From a virus, in the IMG/VR virus record IMGVR_UViG_3300025168_000044, positions 1-64,000 of that record: a stretch of 64,000 nucleotides of DNA. One strand, given 5' to 3'. The position numbers were made by a program, and so were the translations under genes. Under the pieces are notes generated by a model. The model saw nothing but the letters and a program-made list of their open reading frames with translations. It searched no databases and was not told the DNA's origin. Of the stretch, positions 9,571 to 18,236 are shown in pieces (positions within the stretch are counted from its first letter, which is position 1; the number at the start of each line of letters is the position of its first letter).

Positions 9571-11433
9571 TTAAACAATCTCTTCCTCCATAGCACTGAA
9601 GCCCCGTGAACGTGTAGCGTCATAGGCTAAATAATGAGCCCCTGCCATTTGTGCAAAACGTGAAGAAGGCGGAATTTGCTGGCAACCATGAAGCGCTAAG
9701 GCCAGTGCCATTACTGTGTCATCATGAGCCCCTTCCTGCGCTTGCTCCTTGCCATTCGGGTCTACTACAAAACGTAACATCTCCTGCAAAATCACTGGGG
9801 ACTTGACCCTCAGCCATTCCTCCCTGACACACTCCTTCAAAAAGCCTAAAATCTGTGGGCGAGTTCGCTTGGTGGTTAAAAAGCCTAACTTCCTCGTTGG
9901 CCTACTCCCACGCTCATCCAACACCCTTTCTGCATAAATATTGGGGTAGCGGTAGTAATCACTTAGCCTCCTGACTGTAACCATGCCGTGGTTGTTGCGC
10001 TCGACAACCATCCATGCTTGATTGTAAAACCGCCCCAATGCCGTCAAATGCCCTGCCAATTCGTCGGGGTCACAGCGTAGCCGCAAAGTCGCTACCTCTT
10101 CATAGGTCACGGCATCCAACACCACTGCTACCGAATAATCAGCATCCCGCCTACCTGTCAAAATCCCCTCGGCTACATCACAGCCAATCCGATACTCACG
10201 GTCATAGACTGGGGGCGTATGCACTTTTAAAGGCCCCAAAGGCTCTGGCAACAGGTTAAAACGTAGCTCTTGCATTGCACCTAAAGTCTGCTCAATCCCA
10301 AAAGGCTCCCCCTCTCTGGCCTGAGCCTGCCAGCCTGTTAGCACACTGCGCCGAAAAACAGAGCGTGAAGAGCTGAGAAAGCTCTCCTCTGGCGATGACG
10401 GGTAGTCCTGGTGAAATTGGTCCAGCTCCCCTTGACAAACATCACTAATACAGCTGCGCCGCCAGTGTAAATGCTCCAGCGATACGCTAAAAATCTCTTC
10501 AGTATCCCCAGTTGCCATCTTGTACGTCTGACCCAGTAAACTAGCCTCCTCCTCACCCCCATACTTCTCCAGTGTCCCCAAACTCGCTTGAAATGCCTCA
10601 CGATCCCCCTCATTGCGGAATGGCCTTACATAGTCACTGAAACTCCACCACGGAAAGAAATCAGCCTCCCAAGCATTCGCTCCCTCGGCTGCCTGCCAGT
10701 AGCTGTTGTAGAAATGCCCCCCAACCCCATTCGCTGTAGACTCTAAAATCTGCTCGCCATGCCCGACCTTGGTGGTGCGCATCAAGGCTCCACAGTAGTC
10801 CGCTGCCCCATTCCCCCACCGGCTTACCTCACTCAAGTGCAAAAAGTTGATCTGGTCCCCAACTACATCGCTACCGCCTACCGTTGCTAACCGATACCTT
10901 GTGTTGCGGCCTCCACCCTCGACTGTCCCCCACTGTAACTCCCCCTTGTTGCCATAGAGCTTGGATGGCTTGAAGGCCGCCGGTAACTGGCTCTCCATCA
11001 GCCGCACCATGTTGAACAATGTGCGGGTGGTCTCCTCGCTGTTGGCTACCAGTAAGATCCGCTGGTTGCTCCTAATCAAACTGGCTAGAAAGAACCGCGC
11101 TATTACATACGTCGAAAGGCCAGAGCGCCTAGGCTTCAAAACTACCCGCCTTACATAGCCCTGACGGGCTAGCTGATCCTCTACCCTCGCGTGAAGTACC
11201 CGCTGGACAGAGTTTAAACGCAACGGGATCAATTCCCCTGAGCCAAATGCCTCTATGCGGAACAGCCGCTCAAATGCTGCCGAGGGGTGTGACCAGCAAA
11301 AACGTATAAGATCAGCTAGATCCATTTGTGGCCCCGCCGTGCCCCCTCCCCCCTCCAGATTAAGGGATTCCTTACTCTCTGAGTCCCTGAGCTCTGCGAT
11401 GTAGCCGTTTTCTAGGCTGTCGGCTGTGATCAT
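9571..11433 (-). CDS. terL: Terminase large subunit
   Basis: LKPRRSGLST (Walker A), LHLSE (Walker B), ESTANG, IGCDVAEG, ERNNHG, HDDTVMA. Confidence 0.93.
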   Translation of the reverse strand: MITADSLENGYIAELRDSESKESLNLEGGGGTAGPQMDLADLIRFCWSHPSAAFERLFRIEAFGSGELIPLRLNSVQRVLHARVEDQLARQGYVRRVVLKPRRSGLSTYVIARFFLASLIRSNQRILLVANSEETTRTLFNMVRLMESQLPAAFKPSKLYGNKGELQWGTVEGGGRNTRYRLATVGGSDVVGDQINFLHLSEVSRWGNGAADYCGALMRTTKVGHGEQILESTANGVGGHFYNSYWQAAEGANAWEADFFPWWSFSDYVRPFRNEGDREAFQASLGTLEKYGGEEEASLLGQTYKMATGDTEEIFSVSLEHLHWRRSCISDVCQGELDQFHQDYPSSPEESFLSSSRSVFRRSVLTGWQAQAREGEPFGIEQTLGAMQELRFNLLPEPLGPLKVHTPPVYDREYRIGCDVAEGILTGRRDADYSVAVVLDAVTYEEVATLRLRCDPDELAGHLTALGRFYNQAWMVVERNNHGMVTVRRLSDYYRYPNIYAERVLDERGSRPTRKLGFLTTKRTRPQILGFLKECVREEWLRVKSPVILQEMLRFVVDPNGKEQAQEGAHDDTVMALALALHGCQQIPPSSRFAQMAGAHYLAYDATRSRGFSAMEEEIV

Positions 11434-11625
11434 TTCCCAGTCATATGATATAGCATCATTTGCTCGTTGCCTTAACTGCTCGGTTTGCCGGTGCTGAATT
11501 ACCGATTTGCAGGTTTGCCGGTATTATAAGCCGATAGAATCAGCCGAGTCAGCCTTCTCGCGCAGAAGCTGTGGTTGTGTTTAACTCTGCTTTTTCAACT
11601 CCCGTGGACAATGTCGAGATAATTA

Positions 11626-11675
11626 CGCAATATTGCGAAAAATTGCTTGACCTGTTGTTTTTGTTGCTTTACGCT
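11626..11675 (+). promoter_or_regulatory. Sigma70-type early promoter with upstream 12-bp palindrome
   Basis: TTGACC (11647-52), 17-bp spacer, TACGCT (11670-75); CGCAATATTGCG at 11626-11637. Confidence 0.6.
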
Positions 11676-11780
11676 TGACGTCCCACTCCAAGTGGGGCGG
11701 GGGAGATCTTGCCCGCAGCTTAACCCTAGCCTAGCGCCTGACGCGCTGAGCTTTTCAAATAATTGATAAGGATACCACGC

Positions 11781-12254
11781 ATGAAATACGCAATAGCTAT
11801 TTGCCTCGGCGTCGATATTGTTTCTTCAGCTGGCGGCTACATCGCAGCCTGTTGTTTAGCGGAAGATCGACTTGCTGAAGAGTTGATCCCGCTTCTCTAT
11901 AGCGACCTGCCTGAATACAACGGAGAGCAGTCGGACGGCTGCTTATCTTGGGTTCGTTGCACCGAAAAGGTTGCGGCGGAATATGGGCACCACGGCCAGC
12001 GTTTGCAGCCGGTGGCATTTGCAGAGCCGGCAGTATTCAGAGCGCCCACTGTTTTTGGATTAGACGAAAGATACCGATATTACTATGTAGCGGCAGGCAT
12101 TGACGAAGTGACTGTATACAACGGTCTAGTCGATTTCGACCCTGAACTAGCAGCCTGGAAAGAGCGGCACCCTACCGAGAGCGTCCCGCAAGGCTACAAG
12201 GCCGGCAGGGCAAAAAAGCTAAATGTTTGGCGAGCTGAGGAGGTAGTGCAATGA
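11781..12254 (+). CDS. Hypothetical early protein
   Basis: AAGGA RBS before ATG 11781; coupled to the next gene. Confidence 0.6.
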   Translation: MKYAIAICLGVDIVSSAGGYIAACCLAEDRLAEELIPLLYSDLPEYNGEQSDGCLSWVRCTEKVAAEYGHHGQRLQPVAFAEPAVFRAPTVFGLDERYRYYYVAAGIDEVTVYNGLVDFDPELAAWKERHPTESVPQGYKAGRAKKLNVWRAEEVVQ

Positions 12255-12727
12255 AGCCAAGCAACAACCCTCCGAACCGATTGGCTCAGGATGAACAACG
12301 CATCCGCGTGACTGTTGATCTGCTTTGCTCAGGAGGTCTTGATCTTGTGGATCTTGAGCTGATCGCGAGCAGGTTTTTGAGCCAAGAGCTAGAACGCCCC
12401 GTTGATGGGCTCCATATGTCAGCGTTTCAAGGCATCAAGCCAGACAGGAGAGAAGCAATCATTGACGGCTTGCAAGACCTGAAAAAACTAGACCCTGCAG
12501 CGGAGAGCAGCATTGCGGATTGCCTGCCGGTATCACTGCATGACAGCGAGGCCGACTATTGGTTCAGCGCTGAGGCAGAGGATTTACTTGACGATATAAC
12601 GACAGCGATTGAGGAGGCGGCGGACACCGTATTGGATGCGGCAATGAACCCGCACGATGCCGAAATGGAGGAAGCCGTGCTTTCCCTGCATGACCCAGAA
12701 AGCGACCTAATCGACTGCTACAGCTGA
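12251..12727 (+). CDS. Very acidic early protein (DNA-mimic candidate)
   Basis: C-terminal half is Asp/Glu-rich and has no Lys/Arg. Confidence 0.55.
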   Translation: MKPSNNPPNRLAQDEQRIRVTVDLLCSGGLDLVDLELIASRFLSQELERPVDGLHMSAFQGIKPDRREAIIDGLQDLKKLDPAAESSIADCLPVSLHDSEADYWFSAEAEDLLDDITTAIEEAADTVLDAAMNPHDAEMEEAVLSLHDPESDLIDCYS

Positions 12728-12775
12728 AACACTAACCACGGGGGCCGAGAGACTCCCGCACAAAGGATCTACACA

Positions 12776-13324
12776 ATGAGCTTTCAAAAGTTTGTAGAAG
12801 GGCGGCAGGAGCCTCCCGAAGTGCTTGCCTATATATATGAAACGAATGCGGAAGCGGATTGGCAGGTTTTAGACTTGCCAGACGTAGAGGCGGATTTTCC
12901 GCGCCGTTGCTTTCAAGATGCCTTGGCGGCGGCCGAGCATATCGGTGGAGAGTTGATCCACGCCGAAGGGTGCGCAGGCCCTTGGATTGTAGTTGAAGTC
13001 AAGGACTACAACCGAGCCCTCGAAGACGAGGTGCACGGGCAAGACAGCTTTGGCGTGAGGCCACAGCCCCCACGCAAGAGAATTCCAGATTTTACAGCTG
13101 CACACGCTGAAGAGGCTTGCAGGGAGCTAATCGCCGAGGGCGCACGGCTGAACGCCACCAAGTTTGTTGTCGAGTTTGAGGGCCACCAGCTAGCGCCAAA
13201 GCAAGTGATTGCCAAGGCTGTCCAGCTAGCAACCGGCCAGCCGCTATCAATCCGAGAGTTTTCTGGCGGGGAGGAAAGTAACCGGCGTTTGCGCCGCGCT
13301 GGGTTGACAGTGAGCCGATTATGA
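12776..13324 (+). CDS. Protein with C-terminal ScoMcrA-head-like domain
   Basis: KFVVEFEGHQLAPKQVIAKAVQLATGQPL..EFSGGEESNRRLRRAGLTV. Confidence 0.55.
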   Translation: MSFQKFVEGRQEPPEVLAYIYETNAEADWQVLDLPDVEADFPRRCFQDALAAAEHIGGELIHAEGCAGPWIVVEVKDYNRALEDEVHGQDSFGVRPQPPRKRIPDFTAAHAEEACRELIAEGARLNATKFVVEFEGHQLAPKQVIAKAVQLATGQPLSIREFSGGEESNRRLRRAGLTVSRL

Positions 13325-14043
13325 TCGCATACCACGGAACGCCGATCAGCGGCGCCGAGGCAATCGTAAGCCGTGTCTTGCTGTCGAGGTTTGCCTTTGT
13401 TTCATTTGCGCGGCCCGATCAGCTAGAGCTTGTTTCTGAGGTCTGCGCTGGATTCGCCTTGGACAATGGGGCGTTTTCATTTTGGAGCCGAGGCGAGAAA
13501 CCCGACTGGGAGCTTTACCGCTCATTTGTGTTTGAGTGGTACAAGCACCCCGCTTTCCAGTTCGCCTTGATCCCTGACGAAGTCGAAGGGGGCGAGGCAA
13601 TCAATGAGGAGCTTTTGCGTGAATACCCCCTTCCCTCAGGCGTTCCGGTATTTCATCAAGGCGAGAGCTTGGAGCGCTTGGAGCGCTTGGTTACTAGCTA
13701 CGAGCGGGTAGCCTTGGCAAGCGTAGAGCGATACATACCGAGCGACAGCTTTTGGGCGTGGATTGGTGAGATGATGACAATTTGCTGTGATGCTCACGGC
13801 AGACCTCGTTGCAAGCTGCACGGCTTGCGGATGCTGAATCCTGAGATTTTCGAGCGCCTGCCGTTGGCGTCTGCTGACAGCACAAACCTTGCGCGCAATT
13901 GCAACCACCGCCAGCGCTGGTCTGGGCGCTATGTCCCCGTCGGGGCTGAGCTGCGCGGTTTAGTAATGCGTGACCGGATTGAATCATTCCAAAGCCCATG
14001 CCGCTTCGAAAAAGCGACAACCACACAACCAACATTTTTTTAA
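13321..14043 (+). CDS. TGT-fold (queuine tRNA-ribosyltransferase/DpdA-like) transglycosylase
   Basis: YHGTPI, FALDNGAFS, IPD..EG, VPVFH, LHGLRML, PLASADST. Confidence 0.65.
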   Translation: MIAYHGTPISGAEAIVSRVLLSRFAFVSFARPDQLELVSEVCAGFALDNGAFSFWSRGEKPDWELYRSFVFEWYKHPAFQFALIPDEVEGGEAINEELLREYPLPSGVPVFHQGESLERLERLVTSYERVALASVERYIPSDSFWAWIGEMMTICCDAHGRPRCKLHGLRMLNPEIFERLPLASADSTNLARNCNHRQRWSGRYVPVGAELRGLVMRDRIESFQSPCRFEKATTTQPTFF

Positions 14044-14082
14044 ACCGTAGGGGGCAACACGCCCCCGCACAAAGGATGCACA

Positions 14083-14748
14083 ATGGTGAACTTAACAAAA
14101 AGCACAGACCCCCAACCAACGGCCCCAGAGCTTGGCCTTTGTATGAATTTAGACGGCACACAGCTGCAAGGCATATTCCCGCAAAACAAAAGATCGGATT
14201 TTCAGATTTGCGTTCAAAGCCTAAGCCACAAAAACGGCGGGCAGGTGGTTTGCGCGTGGCTGGACGTTGAGGATTTAGAAGTTGAAGACATAGAGTTAGC
14301 AATCGCCAGCTTCATGAAATACCTCGACAAGCGAGAGCGAGAGCGAGACCTAAAAGGCTACTGGTTCCTTGGGCCAGTGGAAGAGTGGGAGATTGCAGAC
14401 TACGATTTACCGTTTAAGTATGATGACTTTGAAGATTTAGTCCGCAAGGTCGAAATCTGCGCAGAAGAAGACGGGGCGTTTTTGCTCAAAGCCGCTCAAG
14501 ATTGCGGGGTCGACTGGGAGCGCGGGCTCAAACACCTAAAAGCCCGCATTATGTGGCGCGTCAAGAATAATCAGCATGGATGCATGAGCGATTCACGGCG
14601 GGATTGGGCTTGGGAACAATTAGGCGAGGCGGGTTGTCCTGAGCGTTTCAGATCGTGGATAGATTTAGACTTTGCTTTCAAGGAACTAATCGACGGCCAC
14701 ACTTATTATTATGACGATGATGACGGGCTAGTTATTTTTGACTGTTAA
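14083..14748 (+). CDS. ardA: ArdA-like antirestriction protein
   Basis: SL..KNGG.VVCAWLD, EEWEIADYD, S..DWAWE.L....PE.FRSWID.D...KEL and terminal GLVIF follow the ArdA consensus. Confidence 0.72.
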   Translation: MVNLTKSTDPQPTAPELGLCMNLDGTQLQGIFPQNKRSDFQICVQSLSHKNGGQVVCAWLDVEDLEVEDIELAIASFMKYLDKRERERDLKGYWFLGPVEEWEIADYDLPFKYDDFEDLVRKVEICAEEDGAFLLKAAQDCGVDWERGLKHLKARIMWRVKNNQHGCMSDSRRDWAWEQLGEAGCPERFRSWIDLDFAFKELIDGHTYYYDDDDGLVIFDC

Positions 14749-14795
14749 CCACAACCACGGGGGCAGGAGGCCCCCAGCACAAAGGATCTATTACA

Positions 14796-15215
14796 ATGAA
14801 AAATCTGATTGAGCAAGCGTTGCATGAATGGTTGAAGGCGGACACGGTGAAGGCTTGCGGCCATTCACAATTAGCGGTGATTAAGTGGGGGCCTTGGACG
14901 GAGGAGCCCGAAACCAAGCAACTGATAGAGCCGCAGTGGTTGGTAAGAATCAACAACCGAGGGCGTTCTTACAAAGTCCCCACAGATTCAGAGCTTGACC
15001 TTACAAATGACATGATCCGCGCGTTTTATATTGCGATCCATCAAGAGATTGCCAAAGAGTGCAAGCGCGTTCCCGCCGATGCAATCCAGATCCAAGCCTA
15101 CACGAACAACCACCCGACGGGGTTCCACATCCTTTTTCAGTACACGGAGAATTACCACGCCGCACGGCACGACCAGCAGCGTGAGCGTTTAAGCCTTCCG
15201 GCAATCGCCGAGTAA
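14796..15215 (+). CDS. Hypothetical early protein
   Basis: Preceded by repeat element/RBS. Confidence 0.7.
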   Translation: MKNLIEQALHEWLKADTVKACGHSQLAVIKWGPWTEEPETKQLIEPQWLVRINNRGRSYKVPTDSELDLTNDMIRAFYIAIHQEIAKECKRVPADAIQIQAYTNNHPTGFHILFQYTENYHAARHDQQRERLSLPAIAE

Positions 15216-15262
15216 CCAACCAACCAGCTCCCCCCTGGGGGGCTACTAACAAGTGAGGCATC

Positions 15263-15487
15263 ATGCACAAATTCACTAACGGCACAAGCTACACGACACA
15301 CAACGACGGAGATTATAAAGTCATCAGCCGCACGGCAAAGCGGATGACGATTAGCGACCAGTTTGGAGCGGTCAAAACCGTTGGCGTACTAATTGACGAG
15401 CGCGACCCCAAGCGAGGCGAATGGGCACGGCCCGAGGGTAAATATTCAATGTGCCCAGTGATTCGGGCAGAGCGGCCAAGCAACTAA
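15263..15487 (+). CDS. Hypothetical early protein
   Basis: Preceded by repeat element; VISRTAK...GKYSMCPVIRA. Confidence 0.7.
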   Translation: MHKFTNGTSYTTHNDGDYKVISRTAKRMTISDQFGAVKTVGVLIDERDPKRGEWARPEGKYSMCPVIRAERPSN

Positions 15488-15583
15488 GGAACCAGCCCAG
15501 AGGGCACAGCTGGCTCAGTTGTGCCCCCGAGGCTGGCGCTTTGGTAGCGTTGCAGCGTTTTGCTACTAACTAAAGGATCCACA

Positions 15584-16027
15584 ATGACCCGTACAGAATT
15601 TGTTACGAACTATTTGGGTTTAGCAGACCCAATGGTGACAGAGTTAACGATTGACCGGCTCAGGCGTCAAGCTGAGATGTTGCAGGAGCTGGAGCCGCAA
15701 AAGCTCCGAATGATTACAGACTCAGGGCACGGCTGGCTCGAAGTGAGCGTTTTGCAAGCGATTAACTTAGGGCTTTGTGCTACAGACTTCAGCGCCTTCA
15801 GCTACACAAACGGCGAATTTATTGGCCGTGAATTTATTTGGTCAATCTGGAGTCAATGCCCTCTAAATAATGGGCGGTTGCCAATCCATTGCTACTACCT
15901 TGAAGAAGACTGTGACGCCGTGATCTACCTGAGACGGCATCAGCTGGTGTATGAGTGTGAGCCAAGAATCACGCACGTTGAGCTAGATGGTGATTGCGAA
16001 ATACGGCGGTTGCCAGCGATCTACTAA
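15584..16027 (+). CDS. Conserved phage hypothetical (DxGHGWL...YLEEDCD family)
   Basis: DSGHGWLEV, FSAFSY, YLEEDCDA; AAAGGA RBS before ATG 15584. Confidence 0.7.
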   Translation: MTRTEFVTNYLGLADPMVTELTIDRLRRQAEMLQELEPQKLRMITDSGHGWLEVSVLQAINLGLCATDFSAFSYTNGEFIGREFIWSIWSQCPLNNGRLPIHCYYLEEDCDAVIYLRRHQLVYECEPRITHVELDGDCEIRRLPAIY

Positions 16028-16073
16028 CCACAACCGGCCCCGCCTTGGGGCTACTGACTGAAAGGAAACACAA

Positions 16074-16643
16074 ATGAAAGCCACCATACTATTCCCTGCA
16101 ACACCCACCACCAACGGAGTGATGAATAAGCTACGAGCCTATGCTCAACTTCTCGCCAGCTGCCCATTTTTCAAGGGCGGCACCAACTTGCCTGAGATCG
16201 CAGGGTACTTCGGGGATGAAGATTACGAGGAGCTGAAGGACGTTTGCTGTCCTACCAACTGGCATTATGTCAGTGAGCGGGGCAACGAGGTGCAGGTTCG
16301 CAAAAAAGGATCCGCTTGGGCGGGTTCTTCAATTGAGCATTTTGGCTGCGCGGCGATGTGGGAACTGCACCTTGACTGCACTCGGGGCTGGTTGCGCTCT
16401 CACCCCTTGGGCTATGCCATCGCCAGGGATTTGGGGCGGATGCCTCAATTGCTGAGAAGCCTGAAATCACAAGAGCCTGAGCGCGGGGTTTGGGAACATC
16501 CCAAGCCAATGCAGGGCCGTAAAATCGCTGTCAAAGGGGGCTGGTGGCATGTCAGCGCAGACCCAAGCGGAAGGGTTGACAGCGCAATACTACGGACCAT
16601 TTTGCGGCGTAATGATCAAAGTGTGATGACGCTTCCGGCTTAA
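16074..16643 (+). CDS. Hypothetical early protein
   Basis: Preceded by repeat element. Confidence 0.7.
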   Translation: MKATILFPATPTTNGVMNKLRAYAQLLASCPFFKGGTNLPEIAGYFGDEDYEELKDVCCPTNWHYVSERGNEVQVRKKGSAWAGSSIEHFGCAAMWELHLDCTRGWLRSHPLGYAIARDLGRMPQLLRSLKSQEPERGVWEHPKPMQGRKIAVKGGWWHVSADPSGRVDSAILRTILRRNDQSVMTLPA

Positions 16644-16678
16644 TTTTTCTGAAGGACTTAATTTTTTCAAGGATTAGG

Positions 16679-16909
16679 ATGGGACTGCTAAAAAAATTTG
16701 GAGTGCTCAAACCAAAATCGTTTAAATACCAAATTAAACGAACGCACACCTACTATATGTCAGGTGAAATCTGGGCATCTAGTGAGGAGGCGGCAAGAGA
16801 AAGGATTGAGGGATTTAAAGATAGTGTCCCACCGGAATTGTTTGACCACACACACAACACTGAAATCGTACACATTAACGTAATCAAGGAGACAGATGGA
16901 TCTATTTGA
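16679..16909 (+). CDS. Hypothetical protein
   Basis: AAGGA upstream; overlaps the next gene. Confidence 0.55.
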   Translation: MGLLKKFGVLKPKSFKYQIKRTHTYYMSGEIWASSEEAARERIEGFKDSVPPELFDHTHNTEIVHINVIKETDGSI

Positions 16910-17246
16910 ATCGTTCCTAGAATTAACTGATAAAGTCCCCCCTGCGCCTGAGCCTGAGCGCTACCTAACCCTAAGCCCTTCAGACTGGCTGGATCGCGTG
17001 GAGCTGGTTGAGAGCACCGAGTTGCAAGTTGAAGGTTGCCCAGTGTCTATCGCATTGACTCCACGGATTGAAGCAGTGCATGAAGGACAGCGCTTCATGC
17101 TCCGAAGCACAGACAACGGGGTTCTACTGATCAATGGCAAAGCTCAGGAAACCCGATCAATGTTGCGCATGAGCCAGCGCGAATGGCTTCGCTTTCGTGA
17201 GCTGGTCGATCAAGCTCAGGCCAGAGGCAATGGCCGTTTACTGTAA
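16896..17246 (+). CDS. Hypothetical protein
   Basis: AAGGAG RBS. Confidence 0.65.
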   Translation: MDLFESFLELTDKVPPAPEPERYLTLSPSDWLDRVELVESTELQVEGCPVSIALTPRIEAVHEGQRFMLRSTDNGVLLINGKAQETRSMLRMSQREWLRFRELVDQAQARGNGRLL

Positions 17247-17290
17247 TAACCACAGCCCCGCCTTGGGGCTACTAACTAAAAGGACACACC

Positions 17291-17851
17291 ATGGATTTAA
17301 TCATCAACAGCACAAAAAAAATGAGCCGCAAGCCCTATCTCTGTCTTTGGCTTAAAGGCTATGAAAGACAATGGGCGCCAAAAGAAAAGGCAACAAGCAC
17401 TACTGTCAGATTCCAGCTGCTTGGGCTTGAAGCTGGTCAGGTAGTCGAGTGGAGAGCGAGTCTTTGGGATGGTCAAGATTTTACGAATCCAGCTGTACGC
17501 TGGGGGCTGGTGACGGATAACGACTTTATTCTGATTAGCCGCAATCTTTCAATTCACGCCCAGGTAGCTCACAGCAAGGGGGATCCGTTTGTACAAGCAA
17601 CTGGCAGTGATTACAGCGGGGATCTATCTGGGGGGTTAACAGCTGATGAAGAAGACCGGCTCCGAAATTCTTTGATTAATTGTGGCGGGGACTTTATTTG
17701 TTTCCGAAAGCGTAGTGGGGAGCTGTATCTGCCGGTGATGGAGGATGATAATGATATGTACTACGGCACTGTACAAGGCAAGGCTTGGACGCTACCAACT
17801 GTCAGGGTCGTGGGCTGTGCCGCTGCTGCCGCTGAAGAAGCTGAAGCCTAA
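17291..17851 (+). CDS. Hypothetical early protein
   Basis: Preceded by repeat element. Confidence 0.7.
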   Translation: MDLIINSTKKMSRKPYLCLWLKGYERQWAPKEKATSTTVRFQLLGLEAGQVVEWRASLWDGQDFTNPAVRWGLVTDNDFILISRNLSIHAQVAHSKGDPFVQATGSDYSGDLSGGLTADEEDRLRNSLINCGGDFICFRKRSGELYLPVMEDDNDMYYGTVQGKAWTLPTVRVVGCAAAAAEEAEA

Positions 17852-17899
17852 TCAACATAACGCCCCGCCTTGGGGCTACTAACCTAAAGGGCAAACATA

Positions 17900-18223
17900 A
17901 TGGGAATGGAACTACTAAATAAATATGAGTTTTGGACGAACTATTCAGAATCGTATTCAGATGAGTATTTGTATCATAGTGCTCATGCTGATGAAGATAA
18001 CGGTATCCCTTATATATATGAGCAGACTCCAGAAGAACTCGTAGAAGCAGCTGCTGGAATGACCACAGAACATAATGACGATTGGTTTGTTGAACTGCTA
18101 TATCGGGTAATTGTGCAAGGCAAGACACTGCAGAATGCCTATGATTCGATAAAAACTGAATCCTCTGATTATGGAGGCCCAGGCGTTGACTTCTTACACC
18201 CAGCTCCAAGGCGGGGCTACTAA
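17900..18223 (+). CDS. Acidic hypothetical early protein
   Basis: Preceded by repeat element; Asp/Glu/Tyr-rich. Confidence 0.7.
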   Translation: MGMELLNKYEFWTNYSESYSDEYLYHSAHADEDNGIPYIYEQTPEELVEAAAGMTTEHNDDWFVELLYRVIVQGKTLQNAYDSIKTESSDYGGPGVDFLHPAPRRGY

Positions 18224-18236
18224 CTAAAGGAGACAT

